A DNA stretch of 64,000 bases. Origin: Gemmatimonadaceae bacterium (lineage in GTDB: Bacteria; Gemmatimonadota; Gemmatimonadetes; Gemmatimonadales; Gemmatimonadaceae). The notes beneath the pieces were generated by a model. That model was not told where the DNA came from. It ran no database searches and was given only the letters and a program-made list of their open reading frames with translations. The number at the start of each line of letters is the position of its first letter. Position 1 is the stretch's first letter. Below, piece after piece: positions 39,599-48,857 of this stretch. The translations under genes and the position numbers were made by a program. The stretch covers positions 64,001-128,000 of the forward strand of contig JBJMOW010000006.1 in the NCBI GenBank assembly GCA_045803545.1, read 5' to 3'.

Positions 39599-40411
39599 AT
39601 GCCCGCACGCTCCATCGCCACCGCGACGATCTCCTTCGGATTGGTCTCAGTCCCGGTCAACATCTACTCATCGGCTGAATCCAAGGCGAGCGTGTCGTTC
39701 AACATGCTCCACAAGAAGTGCGGATCACGACTCAAGCAGCAGTACATCTGCACCAAGGACGGCGACACCGTTAGCAGAGACGACACCGTCAAAGGCTATG
39801 AATACTCGAAGGACAATTACGTCATCCTGACCCCGGAAGAGCTGAAGGCTCTCGAGGAAAAAGCGACCAGTGTCATCGACGTCGTCGAGTTCGTACCGCT
39901 GGCCAAGATCGACCGCGAGTATGTGGAGAAGGTCTACTACCTCGGTCCGGACAAGGGCGGCGACCGCGCGTATCGACTTCTATCCGAGGCGTTGAAGGAC
40001 ACCGGAAAAGCTGCACTCGGCCAGTACGCCGCACGTGGCCAGCAGCATCTGGTGCTGCTCCGTCCGCTCAACGGCGTGCTCGTGATGGAGCAGCTGCACT
40101 ACTCCGACGAAGTCCGTTCGACGTCGGAAGTCCCGGTTCCTGAAGGTGAGGTGAAGCCACAGGAGCTAAAGCTCGCCAAGCAGCTGATCGAGCAGACCTC
40201 CAACGAAGAGTTCGAGCCGAACAAGTACAAGGACACCGTCCGCGAGCGGGTGCTCGAAGCGATCCAGTCGAAGGTCGAAGGACAGGACATCACCGCTGAC
40301 GTAAAGGTCGGCGGCGAAGCAAAGATCATCGACCTGATGGAAGCGCTGAAGGCCAGTCTCGAGACCGGCAAGCCCAAGGAAAAGGAAAAGGCGGCGCGCA
40401 AGGCGTCGTGA
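39599..40411 (+). CDS. ku: NHEJ DNA end-binding protein Ku
   Basis: ISFGLVSVPV, VKGYEY, YYLGP and IIDLMEALKASL, with a basic tail. Confidence 0.96.
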   Translation: MPARSIATATISFGLVSVPVNIYSSAESKASVSFNMLHKKCGSRLKQQYICTKDGDTVSRDDTVKGYEYSKDNYVILTPEELKALEEKATSVIDVVEFVPLAKIDREYVEKVYYLGPDKGGDRAYRLLSEALKDTGKAALGQYAARGQQHLVLLRPLNGVLVMEQLHYSDEVRSTSEVPVPEGEVKPQELKLAKQLIEQTSNEEFEPNKYKDTVRERVLEAIQSKVEGQDITADVKVGGEAKIIDLMEALKASLETGKPKEKEKAARKAS

Positions 40412-41115
40412 AGATCCTCGCCGGGACCAGCGGGTACGCCTTCAAGGAGTGGAAGGGCAACTTCTACCCGAAGGAAATGAAAGACGACGGGATGCTTGGC
40501 TTCTACGCCACCAGGTTTCCCGCGGTCGAGATCAACAACACCTTCTATAGACTGCCGCGTGAGAACGTGCTGCGCGACTGGGCGGCGCAGGTGCCCGAGA
40601 CGTTCACCTTCGCGCTCAAGGCAAGTCAGCGCATCACGCACCACGCGCGGCTCAAGGAAGAATCGGCGACGCTGGTCGATTTCCTTCTAAAGAACACCTC
40701 GACGCTCGGTAATCGACTGGGTCCGATTCTCTTTCAGCTGCCGCCCAATCTCAAGAAAGACGTCGATCGTTTTCGCGGATTTCTCGGACTCCTTCCGTCC
40801 GATCGCCGCTACGTCTTCGAATTCCGCCACGACAGCTGGTTCGACGACGACATCTATTCGGCGATGCGCGAGCGGGACATCGCGATGTGCATTTCGGAGC
40901 AGGACGATTTTCGCTGCCCCGTCGTATGCACGTCGACCTGGGGCTATCTCCGACTACATAAGCTCGATTACAACGAAGGCGAGCTAGTCGACTGGGCCAA
41001 ACGAGTCAGCTCACAGACCTGGAACGAGACCTACGTCTTCTTCAAGCACGACGAGACCGAGAACGGCGGAAGCGGCCCGCCAGCTGTTGCCACTTTCGTT
41101 CGGGCGTGCGGATAG
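40408..41115 (+). CDS. DUF72 (YecE-like) protein
   Basis: GTSGYAFKEWKGNFYP, VEINNTFYRLP, LFQLPP and FEFRHDSW; GTGA overlap with the ku stop. Confidence 0.93.
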   Translation: MKILAGTSGYAFKEWKGNFYPKEMKDDGMLGFYATRFPAVEINNTFYRLPRENVLRDWAAQVPETFTFALKASQRITHHARLKEESATLVDFLLKNTSTLGNRLGPILFQLPPNLKKDVDRFRGFLGLLPSDRRYVFEFRHDSWFDDDIYSAMRERDIAMCISEQDDFRCPVVCTSTWGYLRLHKLDYNEGELVDWAKRVSSQTWNETYVFFKHDETENGGSGPPAVATFVRACG

Positions 41116-41116
41116 G

Positions 41117-41147
41117 TTCCCGCTTCCCGCTTCCCGCTTCCCGCCTC
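41117..41147 (-). repeat. Heptamer tandem repeat (GCGGGAA)x4
   Basis: Plus strand reads TTCCCGC x4, between convergent stop codons. Confidence 0.9.
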
Positions 41148-41150
41148 TCG

Positions 41151-42470
41151 CTACTTGTTGATCTTGTCCGCGATGAGTTTGGCGACTCGCGGATCGTCCT
41201 TCTGACCAAGCCAGAATAGAGCTTTCGCACGCATCGAGCGATCAGAATCGCTCTGTGCGATTCGCATCAGCTCGTTGAAAGCGGCTTCGTCTTTTCGCTG
41301 AGACAACACGAAGATCGCGTGCTCCTTGAGCTGTCGCTCGTCAGCGGACCGGTAGAAGTCGGCGAGATCGCGCGTGGGCGTCGCCTCGTTCTGGCCAGCC
41401 CAGAACAACGCCTTCTCGCGAACGTCCATCGGATCGTTTCTATCCCGTGCTTTCTCGAGCAGCCAATCAGAGCCGCCTGATTTCTGTCCCATCGTCAGGA
41501 AGATCTGCTCTTTCATTCGATTCGTGGCGCGCGGATAGATCGACTGCAGATACCGAATCTGCGCCGGATCCTTCTCAGCGCCCTGACCGAGCGAGAAGAC
41601 GGCGTGCGCACGGATGCGATCGTCTTCACGTGGATTCTCGATCACGGAGTGGAGCGTTGCAAATGCGCGCGGATCGCCGGTCTGACCAAGCCAGAAAACT
41701 GCTGCGCTCCGAATGGCGGTTGAGCCCGTGCGCGAGAGATCGATGATCGCCGGCACGCCAATATTGTTGTCCATTTCGGCGAGCGCGGCCATCGCAGTGG
41801 TGCCGAGCTCTTTCTTTCCGGGCTTGCCTTCATCCTCGTCGATATCCTGGCCAACCGGTCCTGCCCCGCCGCCGCGGGCATACGCGACCAGCGTGGGAAT
41901 CACTCTCTCGTCGCCGAGTATGCCGAGCCAGTAGATCGCCTGCCGTCGGGTATCGATAGAGCGACCTTCGTCGCGAGCCAGCGTAGTCAGCTGAGGAATG
42001 ACATCGCCTGCGTTCGCCAGCACTGCGGCGAGGAGTAACCGCGATTTGTCGCCTTGAATCCGCTCGATCTGAGGAACGAGCCCAAAAAAGTACGACGCCG
42101 CCTCGATCGGCGAGACCATGCCGAGGTCGGTGACGCGATCGGTTGTCTTTGGAAAAGTGTCGCCGACCGAGGTGCGAATGCGGGTTATGTGCCCGTTTGT
42201 TTTGGTGATCGCAACTCGCACTGGCCCCGGAACGCAATCGGGAGCACTCCAATCGCCGATCGATTGGAAATTCTCGGCGAACAGCGCTTTGCGATATCCG
42301 ATCATATCGCGTCCATTGCCGCAGGTGCCCGGCCGGCTGGCGAAAGTCACGCGAACCGTGCCGTCGGGTGCGCTGTTAACGCGTGAAGAGAGATCGGTTT
42401 GAGAGAGAGACGTCGAAACGGCTACACACAGTGCCGCGACGGGGTATCCAACGATTGAAAACAAACGCAC
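41151..42470 (-). CDS. Exported HEAT-repeat protein
   Basis: Repeated R..A.FWLGQ motifs; the GTG at 42470 has a GGAG RBS and gives a signal peptide. Confidence 0.85.
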   Translation of the reverse strand: MRLFSIVGYPVAALCVAVSTSLSQTDLSSRVNSAPDGTVRVTFASRPGTCGNGRDMIGYRKALFAENFQSIGDWSAPDCVPGPVRVAITKTNGHITRIRTSVGDTFPKTTDRVTDLGMVSPIEAASYFFGLVPQIERIQGDKSRLLLAAVLANAGDVIPQLTTLARDEGRSIDTRRQAIYWLGILGDERVIPTLVAYARGGGAGPVGQDIDEDEGKPGKKELGTTAMAALAEMDNNIGVPAIIDLSRTGSTAIRSAAVFWLGQTGDPRAFATLHSVIENPREDDRIRAHAVFSLGQGAEKDPAQIRYLQSIYPRATNRMKEQIFLTMGQKSGGSDWLLEKARDRNDPMDVREKALFWAGQNEATPTRDLADFYRSADERQLKEHAIFVLSQRKDEAAFNELMRIAQSDSDRSMRAKALFWLGQKDDPRVAKLIADKINK

Positions 42471-42588
42471 GGGTGGCTCCGCAGGGTGACGAGATTCTGA
42501 CAACAGCTTCCCAAAAAGGGTTGAGGAGTCCGGTGAACTACCGACCCTTCTGTGCGCTATGCTCGCCGCGTATCATATAGTAGCTGAT

Positions 42589-43278
42589 ATGAACAGAACG
42601 CCCGTTAGTGCAATCTGCGCCGCGCTCGCTCTCGCCGCCTGCACCACCGCCACCCGCTCGACAGCTACATCAAGCAGTCCGGTCACGGTTACGCCGACGC
42701 TTAGCCCCGAAGCGGAGGCCGCTGCAATCGCACAGGCCAAAGCCGACAGTGTACGTCACCCTTACACCGCTGCCGACGTGGAATTCATGTCGCACATGAT
42801 TCATCACCACGCGCAGGCGATCGTGATGGCGCGTTGGGCGCCAACTCACGGTGCAAGCCCCGCCGTCCAACGTCTCGCCGATCGCATCATCAACGCCCAG
42901 CAGGACGAGATCGGAACGATGCAGTCGTGGCTGCGCGATCGACGTCAGCCAGTACCCGAAGCGACGCCCGGCGGCGTGATGATGAACATGGCGGGCATGG
43001 AGCACGAGATGCTGATGCCAGGCATGCTTACCGAAGCACAAATGAAACAGCTCGACGCCGCCCGCGGCCCCGAGTTCGATCGCTTGTTCCTCACCTACAT
43101 GATTCAACACCACAAGGGCGCTGTCAGTATGGTGAAGGATCTCTTTGGCACCTACGGCGCCGGTCAGGACGAGCTGGTGTTCAAGTTCGCTTCTGACGTC
43201 AACGTCGATCAGAGCACCGAGATCGCGCGAATGGAAAAGCTGCTGGTCTCGGTCACGCTCGGCATAGATACCCAGTAG
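42589..43278 (+). CDS. DUF305 ferritin-like lipoprotein
   Basis: LAAC lipobox; DVEFMSHMIHHHAQA and FLTYMIQHHKGA. Confidence 0.92.
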   Translation: MNRTPVSAICAALALAACTTATRSTATSSSPVTVTPTLSPEAEAAAIAQAKADSVRHPYTAADVEFMSHMIHHHAQAIVMARWAPTHGASPAVQRLADRIINAQQDEIGTMQSWLRDRRQPVPEATPGGVMMNMAGMEHEMLMPGMLTEAQMKQLDAARGPEFDRLFLTYMIQHHKGAVSMVKDLFGTYGAGQDELVFKFASDVNVDQSTEIARMEKLLVSVTLGIDTQ

Positions 43279-43339
43279 CACCAATCAACCACCCACCCAT
43301 CCCGGCACGCCCGGGAATCGATTCACTCGAGGAATCGCC

Positions 43340-45331
43340 ATGAACTCGGTTTTGAGAAACAGGTCAAAGATCGCGCTGTCGCTAACCGCGGTGCTGACTG
43401 CAGCTGCTTGCGCGACCGCGACCAGCTCGTCGCGTACGAGCACGAGCAGCAGCATCCCACCAATCAGCGACATGTCCCCCGGCGAGCCGTATCCCGATCC
43501 GCGCGTCGGACTCCGTGCCGGAGCCGACAATGCCGGCGAGGCACTATGGAACATGCGCGTCCTCTCGTCGACTCCCCAGCCCGGCGAATTCAAAGGTCAG
43601 ACGAATTCCGACCTCGCGTTCCTCGGCAACTACGCGATCCAGGGCAACTACCACGGCTTCCAGTTCTGGGACATCTCGAATCCGGCTGCGCCCGTTCTGA
43701 AAGAAGGTTACGTCTGCCCGGCGTCGCAGAGTGACGTATCGGTGTATCGCAATCTCCTCTTCGTTTCTGGTGAGGGGCTGAGCGGTCGCATTGATTGCGG
43801 CACCACCGGCGTGAAGGACACCGTCAGCAAGGATCGACTCCGCGGTCTGCGAATCTTCGACATCAGTGATCTGTCGAATCCGAAGAACGTCGGCAACGTC
43901 CAGACGTGCCGCGGATCGCACACTCACTCGCTGCTCGTTGATCCCAAGGATCCGGACAACGTTTACGTCTATATCTCCGGTTCAGCAGGCGTTCGTTCGC
44001 CGAGTGAGCTCGCCGGTTGTTCTCGCGTGACACCGGATAAGGATCCGAACTCCGCGTTGTTCCGCATCGAAGTTATCAAGGTTCCGCTCGCTCACCCGGA
44101 GCAGGCAGCGATTGTCAGCTCCCCGCGCATCTTCAATGATCTGAACGCGCCGGCTCGTCACGGCGATGCGCCGGAAGACGTCGCCGAGAATGCCAGACAG
44201 GTTGCTGAGGCGAAAGCCAAAGGTGGATTCGTGGCGATGGTCCGCGGAGACGAGAGAGTTCTCCCGCCGTTCATTATCACTCCGTTGCTCGACAGCATCG
44301 TGAAAGCTCGTGGCGGAACGGGTGCAGCCACTGCCGGTGACAGCGCGTCGCTGCGCGCCGGCCTGCAGGCGATTGTCGACAAGCTCGTCGGTCCTCAACC
44401 TGCCACGGGTGCGACACGTCCGGGACCGACGCAGTGTCATGACATCACGCTCTATCCGGCAATCGGTCGCGCTGGTGGCGCCTGCGAAGGCTACGGCTTC
44501 CTGCTCGACATCTCGGATCCAGCGCACCCGGTTCGCATTGCCGCGGTTGCCGATTCGAACTTCTCGTACTGGCACTCGGCGACTTTCAACAATGACGGTA
44601 CGAAGATCCTCTTCTCCGACGAGTGGGGCGGTGGTGGGCAGCCGAAGTGCCGCTCGACAGATCGTCGTGAGTGGGGGGCTGATGCGATCTTCACCATCAA
44701 CGGCAGTCAGCTTCAGTTCCAGAACTACTATAAGCTGCCGGCGCCTCAGACCCGCTTCGAGAACTGCGTGGCGCACAATGGTTCGATGATTCCGATTCCG
44801 GGACGCGATGTCATGGTGCAGTCGTGGTATCAGGGCGGCATTTCGGTCTTCGATTGGACCGATCCGAGAAATCCGCGCGAGATTGCGTACTTCGATCGTG
44901 GCCCGATGGATTCAACGAGAATGGTTGGAGCGGGCACCTGGTCAGCGTACTGGTACAACGGCAACATCATCAGCTCTGAAATCGCCCGCGGACTGGACAT
45001 TCTGCAGCTTCAGCCGAGCGCGTATCTGACGCAGAACGAAATCGACGCTGCGAACACCGTGAAGTTCGACTACTTCAACACGCAGGGTCAGATGAAGTTT
45101 GTATGGCCGAATACACCCGCACTCGCCCGCGCATATCTCGATCAGCTGGAAAGATCGAAGGGCGAAAGCGCGGAAAGACTTGCTCAGGTCAGGGCAGCGG
45201 TCGGCGCCAGTTCGACTGTTTCAACTCGCGCGGCACTCGGCGCGTTGGCGGCGCAGCTTGATGCTGATGCAGCGACGTCTTCTGACGCCGCGAGGGTGAG
45301 GCTGCTGGCTGCAGTTCTTAGAGGGCTCTGA
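43340..45331 (+). CDS. LVIVD-repeat-like beta-propeller lipoprotein
   Basis: AAAC lipobox; NSDLAF, WDISNP, FDISD, CHDIT, WHSATF and CVAHN. Confidence 0.8.
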   Translation: MNSVLRNRSKIALSLTAVLTAAACATATSSSRTSTSSSIPPISDMSPGEPYPDPRVGLRAGADNAGEALWNMRVLSSTPQPGEFKGQTNSDLAFLGNYAIQGNYHGFQFWDISNPAAPVLKEGYVCPASQSDVSVYRNLLFVSGEGLSGRIDCGTTGVKDTVSKDRLRGLRIFDISDLSNPKNVGNVQTCRGSHTHSLLVDPKDPDNVYVYISGSAGVRSPSELAGCSRVTPDKDPNSALFRIEVIKVPLAHPEQAAIVSSPRIFNDLNAPARHGDAPEDVAENARQVAEAKAKGGFVAMVRGDERVLPPFIITPLLDSIVKARGGTGAATAGDSASLRAGLQAIVDKLVGPQPATGATRPGPTQCHDITLYPAIGRAGGACEGYGFLLDISDPAHPVRIAAVADSNFSYWHSATFNNDGTKILFSDEWGGGGQPKCRSTDRREWGADAIFTINGSQLQFQNYYKLPAPQTRFENCVAHNGSMIPIPGRDVMVQSWYQGGISVFDWTDPRNPREIAYFDRGPMDSTRMVGAGTWSAYWYNGNIISSEIARGLDILQLQPSAYLTQNEIDAANTVKFDYFNTQGQMKFVWPNTPALARAYLDQLERSKGESAERLAQVRAAVGASSTVSTRAALGALAAQLDADAATSSDAARVRLLAAVLRGL

Positions 45332-45349
45332 TCCTTCGGTGAAAAACAG

Positions 45350-45384
45350 AACCGTCCGGTGCGCATTGCACCGGACGGTTTTTT
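45350..45384 (+). terminator. Intrinsic terminator
   Basis: AACCGTCCGGTGC-GCATT-GCACCGGACGGTT followed by a T-run. Confidence 0.9.
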
Positions 45385-45391
45385 CTTGCCT

Positions 45392-45802
45392 CTATGCTGC
45401 TCGGCGGAGTACGGTCTCGGTGAGATAAACCGGTGCCGGTTGCGTGAGCGACTGCCAGCGACTACGCGCAACGTAGAAGGCGAGCAATCCGACGACGCCG
45501 GGGAATGCCGAGGCGACTCCAACACCCTGGATGATCGAGGTGACAACGGCGCCGCTCATGATGATGACGAGCCCAACGGCAGCGAGCGACGTCAGTTCTG
45601 TCCGAATCTTCGTCAGTCCCGGCAGGATCAATCCGAGCGCGCCCAGCGTCTCACAGATTCCGATGAACTTGATGAAGTCGCCCGGCATGTGGGACTGAGC
45701 GGCGAGGACGTCGGCTGGAGTGACAAGTTTGAAGACACCGGCAAACAGAAACAGCGCGGCCAGTAGTGATTGAGCGGTCCAGAGGCGGGTATTGGCTTTC
45801 AT
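45392..45802 (-). CDS. DoxX-like membrane protein
   Basis: LWTAQSLLAALFLFAGVFKL...FIGICETLGALGLILP; AAGGAG RBS. Confidence 0.88.
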   Translation of the reverse strand: MKANTRLWTAQSLLAALFLFAGVFKLVTPADVLAAQSHMPGDFIKFIGICETLGALGLILPGLTKIRTELTSLAAVGLVIIMSGAVVTSIIQGVGVASAFPGVVGLLAFYVARSRWQSLTQPAPVYLTETVLRRAA

Positions 45803-45846
45803 TTTCGGATCTCCTTATCGTCGTCGGTTCGGTTCTTCTACCAAGG

Positions 45847-45874
45847 CGACGAATGGCATCTCGAGAAATCGACA
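45847..45874 (-). promoter_or_regulatory. ECF42-type promoter upstream of the doxX-like gene
   Basis: TGTCGATT-TCTCGAGATGCCAT-TCGTCG. Confidence 0.75.
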
Positions 45875-46040
45875 TCAGCGCGTGAACAAACCGTAGCGAC
45901 ACGTTAACCGCGCCGAGACAGCTATTGCGCGCGCGACGCAATAGGTTGGGCTACCACGACTTGCGGGCTGTGGTGGCGATGAGCAGCGTGTAACGAACAC
46001 CGCTGTTCGGCCGTAGGGGAGCAAACCTCAACACGCGGAG

Positions 46041-47867
46041 ATGCACGTGTTCCGAGCCTGTCTGGCTGTCATGGCTGTTTCCCTTTCCGTGTCCGTCTCA
46101 CGCGCGCAGAGTCCGACTGTCACTGCGGAGCTAGAGCGCCTGGAGCGCGCATCATGGGTGGCCTGGCAAAATCACGACGGGAAGTTCTTCAGCGAATTCT
46201 TAAGCGACGATCATTCCGAGGTGGGCGGATCCGGAATCGCCGGTAAGCAAAGCGTGGTGTCTTTCGTCGCCAGCGGAGCCTGCACCGTCAGCAATTACTC
46301 GCTCGACGAGATGAACGTAAGGCAGCTCGCCGAGAATGTCGCCGTCGTGACCTACCGCGCGACACAAAATACCACGTGCGGCAAGACCAAAGTGCCGAGC
46401 CCCGCCTGGGTGTCGTCGACTTTCGTGAAACGCGGCGGGCATTGGCGCAATGCGATCTATCAGCAGACACCGGCTCCGAGTCAACGCGATCTCACCTCAG
46501 CGACGGACAGTTTGCGCAAGCTCGTCCAATCCGGATTCGTACCAAGTGTTGCTTACAGCGTTAGCGATCGTTCAGGAATCGTCGAGGAAGGCGCATTTGG
46601 CTTTGCCGACGTGGAACGTCGCAGAAAGGCGTCGGCGTTTACCGCGTACCCGGTGGCGTCGGTTGCAAAATCGCTGACGGCGATCGCGGCTCTGCGAGCC
46701 GTGGATGCAGGTCGCCTCGATCTCGATCGGCCCGCGAATTCCTACCTTGGTCGCGATTCGATAACGGTTTCGGTGGGCGATGCACGCCGGCTGACGACCC
46801 GAGCGTTGCTCCACATGACCGCCGGTATTCCGCACGTGGTGCGTTTTTACTGGCCGGACGAGCCCCGCGACGCAGGTCTCGATCGACCGCTCGGACACTT
46901 CGCCGCGTTTGCGCCGGGCACACAGTTCCACTACTCCAACCAATCGCTCGGCATTGTCGGCGAGATTCTCTCTCGAATCTCAGGAGAGCCATTTCCGCGG
47001 TACATGGCGGAGAGTGTATTCGCGCCTCTCGGCATGGCGAACAGCGCTGTTCGCGCCGGCGATCTTCCCTCCGCAACTCGAGCGCTGGCGTATCGCGATC
47101 ATCCCACGCGCGAATCTGGATTCACGAGGCTCGATCCAGAGCCCGGCGCCGGGATGTACACCAGTGCACACGACCTTGGCGTTCTCGCTCGTCGAGTACT
47201 ACTCGATCCTGGCTCCCGTTTTCTGAGTGCTGCGAGCAAAAGCGCGCTGACTGATTTCAGCGAATATCCGTTCTATTCGAGCGGGTGGTGGAAAGACCCA
47301 TTCCGTCCGACAGGACTGACGTTGCTCGCCGACGGTGCGGCGCTCGGTCACGCTGCGTCGATGAAAGTCCTGCCCACGGAAGGACTGGCCGTCGCGGTGC
47401 TCGTCAACGGCCCCGTACCGGATGGGTTCACGCTGGGGTTGTGTGATTTGCTACTTCGCGCCGCCGGGTACCCCGATGCCGTGTCGAGCAATCATGACAT
47501 CCCGGCCGAATTCCGTGACGTGCCCGTCGCACAGGATACGGCGTGGCGGGGAAATTGGCGCGGCGTGATTCGCACCCCCGACGGTGAATTGCCAATACGA
47601 TTTGCTTTCGATTCGACGGGAATGATGGCGGCAGTCGGAAGCACCCCGTTGCAACGGGCTAATGGTAGCGTGTCGAATCATATCCTGGAGGCGACTATAC
47701 CCGGCGAGTTGCCGAGATCGGACGTCGCGGGAGTCTCTCACAAGCTCGGCGTGAGGTTACAGCGGCAGAACGACTCCCTCACCGGCTATATCGTGGCAAC
47801 GGCACAGCTTGGTGACCGTCCGTTTCTAATGCTGCCGTACTATCTCTCGGCGACGCGTGACAAATAG
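46041..47867 (+). CDS. Secreted DUF4440 (NTF2-like) + beta-lactamase-like serine hydrolase fusion
   Basis: Signal peptide; NTF2-like N-domain ending FVKRGGHWR; SxxK (SVAK) and YSN motifs. Confidence 0.82.
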   Translation: MHVFRACLAVMAVSLSVSVSRAQSPTVTAELERLERASWVAWQNHDGKFFSEFLSDDHSEVGGSGIAGKQSVVSFVASGACTVSNYSLDEMNVRQLAENVAVVTYRATQNTTCGKTKVPSPAWVSSTFVKRGGHWRNAIYQQTPAPSQRDLTSATDSLRKLVQSGFVPSVAYSVSDRSGIVEEGAFGFADVERRRKASAFTAYPVASVAKSLTAIAALRAVDAGRLDLDRPANSYLGRDSITVSVGDARRLTTRALLHMTAGIPHVVRFYWPDEPRDAGLDRPLGHFAAFAPGTQFHYSNQSLGIVGEILSRISGEPFPRYMAESVFAPLGMANSAVRAGDLPSATRALAYRDHPTRESGFTRLDPEPGAGMYTSAHDLGVLARRVLLDPGSRFLSAASKSALTDFSEYPFYSSGWWKDPFRPTGLTLLADGAALGHAASMKVLPTEGLAVAVLVNGPVPDGFTLGLCDLLLRAAGYPDAVSSNHDIPAEFRDVPVAQDTAWRGNWRGVIRTPDGELPIRFAFDSTGMMAAVGSTPLQRANGSVSNHILEATIPGELPRSDVAGVSHKLGVRLQRQNDSLTGYIVATAQLGDRPFLMLPYYLSATRDK

Positions 47868-47928
47868 TGGCGGGCTGCTGTCCAGCGCGTAACTTTTTCG
47901 AACCTAACCAGACGTCACGAGGACTGAT

Positions 47929-48687
47929 ATGCATCGCGTGTACTACTCAATGCTGCCGATCGCGGCGATCGCAATTCTCGCCTGCAATGGCAAAGCACAG
48001 AACGAAGCAACCGCCAGCTCGACATCGAGCTCAACATCGCAGGGTCAGATGCAGATGAATGAGTCGACCCGGCAGGTCGCCGGCGGCGGAATCTCAGTGA
48101 ATGGCTGGAGCGGGCAGATCGATCCTGGCGAAGCCCGCCGCGGACAACTACTCAGCAACGCGAAGTTTGCGCAGGAAGGAAGCGCGTTCCACGTGACGAC
48201 CGGACCCGCGGTCGCGTACTGGAATCCGGCGAACACTGCGACCGGCGATTACACGGTGAAGGCAACGTTCACCGAGCCGCACTACATGAACCTGAACGAT
48301 CATCCGCATCCGTACGGACTAATCATCGGCGGCAACGACATGGGAACGCCGAACGAGACGTACCTGTACTGCGCAGCTTACGGCAATGGCACCTTCATCG
48401 TGCGCGGCTTCGGGCCGGCGCCATTCCAGGTGAATGGTCGCGGCGGCGAATCGAACGCGGCGGTGCACAAAGCCAGTGGACAAGGCGCGCCGGTGACTCA
48501 GGATATCGCGATGTCGGTGAAGGGCGATAACGTGAGCTGCTCGATCAACGGACAGGTGGTCGGGACGTACAAGAAGTCCGACCTTGTCGCAGCCGGGAAG
48601 CTGAAGTCGACCGATGGCGTTTACGGGATACGCTTCGCGCATAATACCGAGGGCACGGTTACCGGACTTACGGTCACGAAGCCCTAA
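47929..48687 (+). CDS. Hypothetical lipoprotein (beta-sandwich, DUF1080-like)
   Basis: ILAC lipobox, beta-rich sequence, GAGGA RBS. Confidence 0.7.
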   Translation: MHRVYYSMLPIAAIAILACNGKAQNEATASSTSSSTSQGQMQMNESTRQVAGGGISVNGWSGQIDPGEARRGQLLSNAKFAQEGSAFHVTTGPAVAYWNPANTATGDYTVKATFTEPHYMNLNDHPHPYGLIIGGNDMGTPNETYLYCAAYGNGTFIVRGFGPAPFQVNGRGGESNAAVHKASGQGAPVTQDIAMSVKGDNVSCSINGQVVGTYKKSDLVAAGKLKSTDGVYGIRFAHNTEGTVTGLTVTKP

Positions 48688-48700
48688 CGCGCATCTCGAA

Positions 48701-48837
48701 AACTAAAGTCGGCAGTTCGCAGTCAACTGTCCACAGTCTGCAGTTGTTATACGGGCATTCACAGCGCATCTCGCGATGGACGCGTGTATAACAACTCCGA
48801 ACTGCAGACTAGTAGCTGCAAACTGCCGACTGTAGTT
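48701..48837. repeat. Palindromic dispersed repeat (MITE/REP-like), copy 1
   Basis: Ends AACTAAAGTCGGCAGT...ACTGCCGACTGTAGTT with inner paired arms; homologous to 55501-55640. Confidence 0.85.
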
Positions 48838-48857
48838 GATGTAAAAGGATCGAGTAG

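Noticed and set aside
45989..46015. Possible other ECF promoter TGTAAC-N17-CGTA before the serine hydrolase
   Set aside because: It is a single instance with no matching second site at the same spacing, which is too weak to call.
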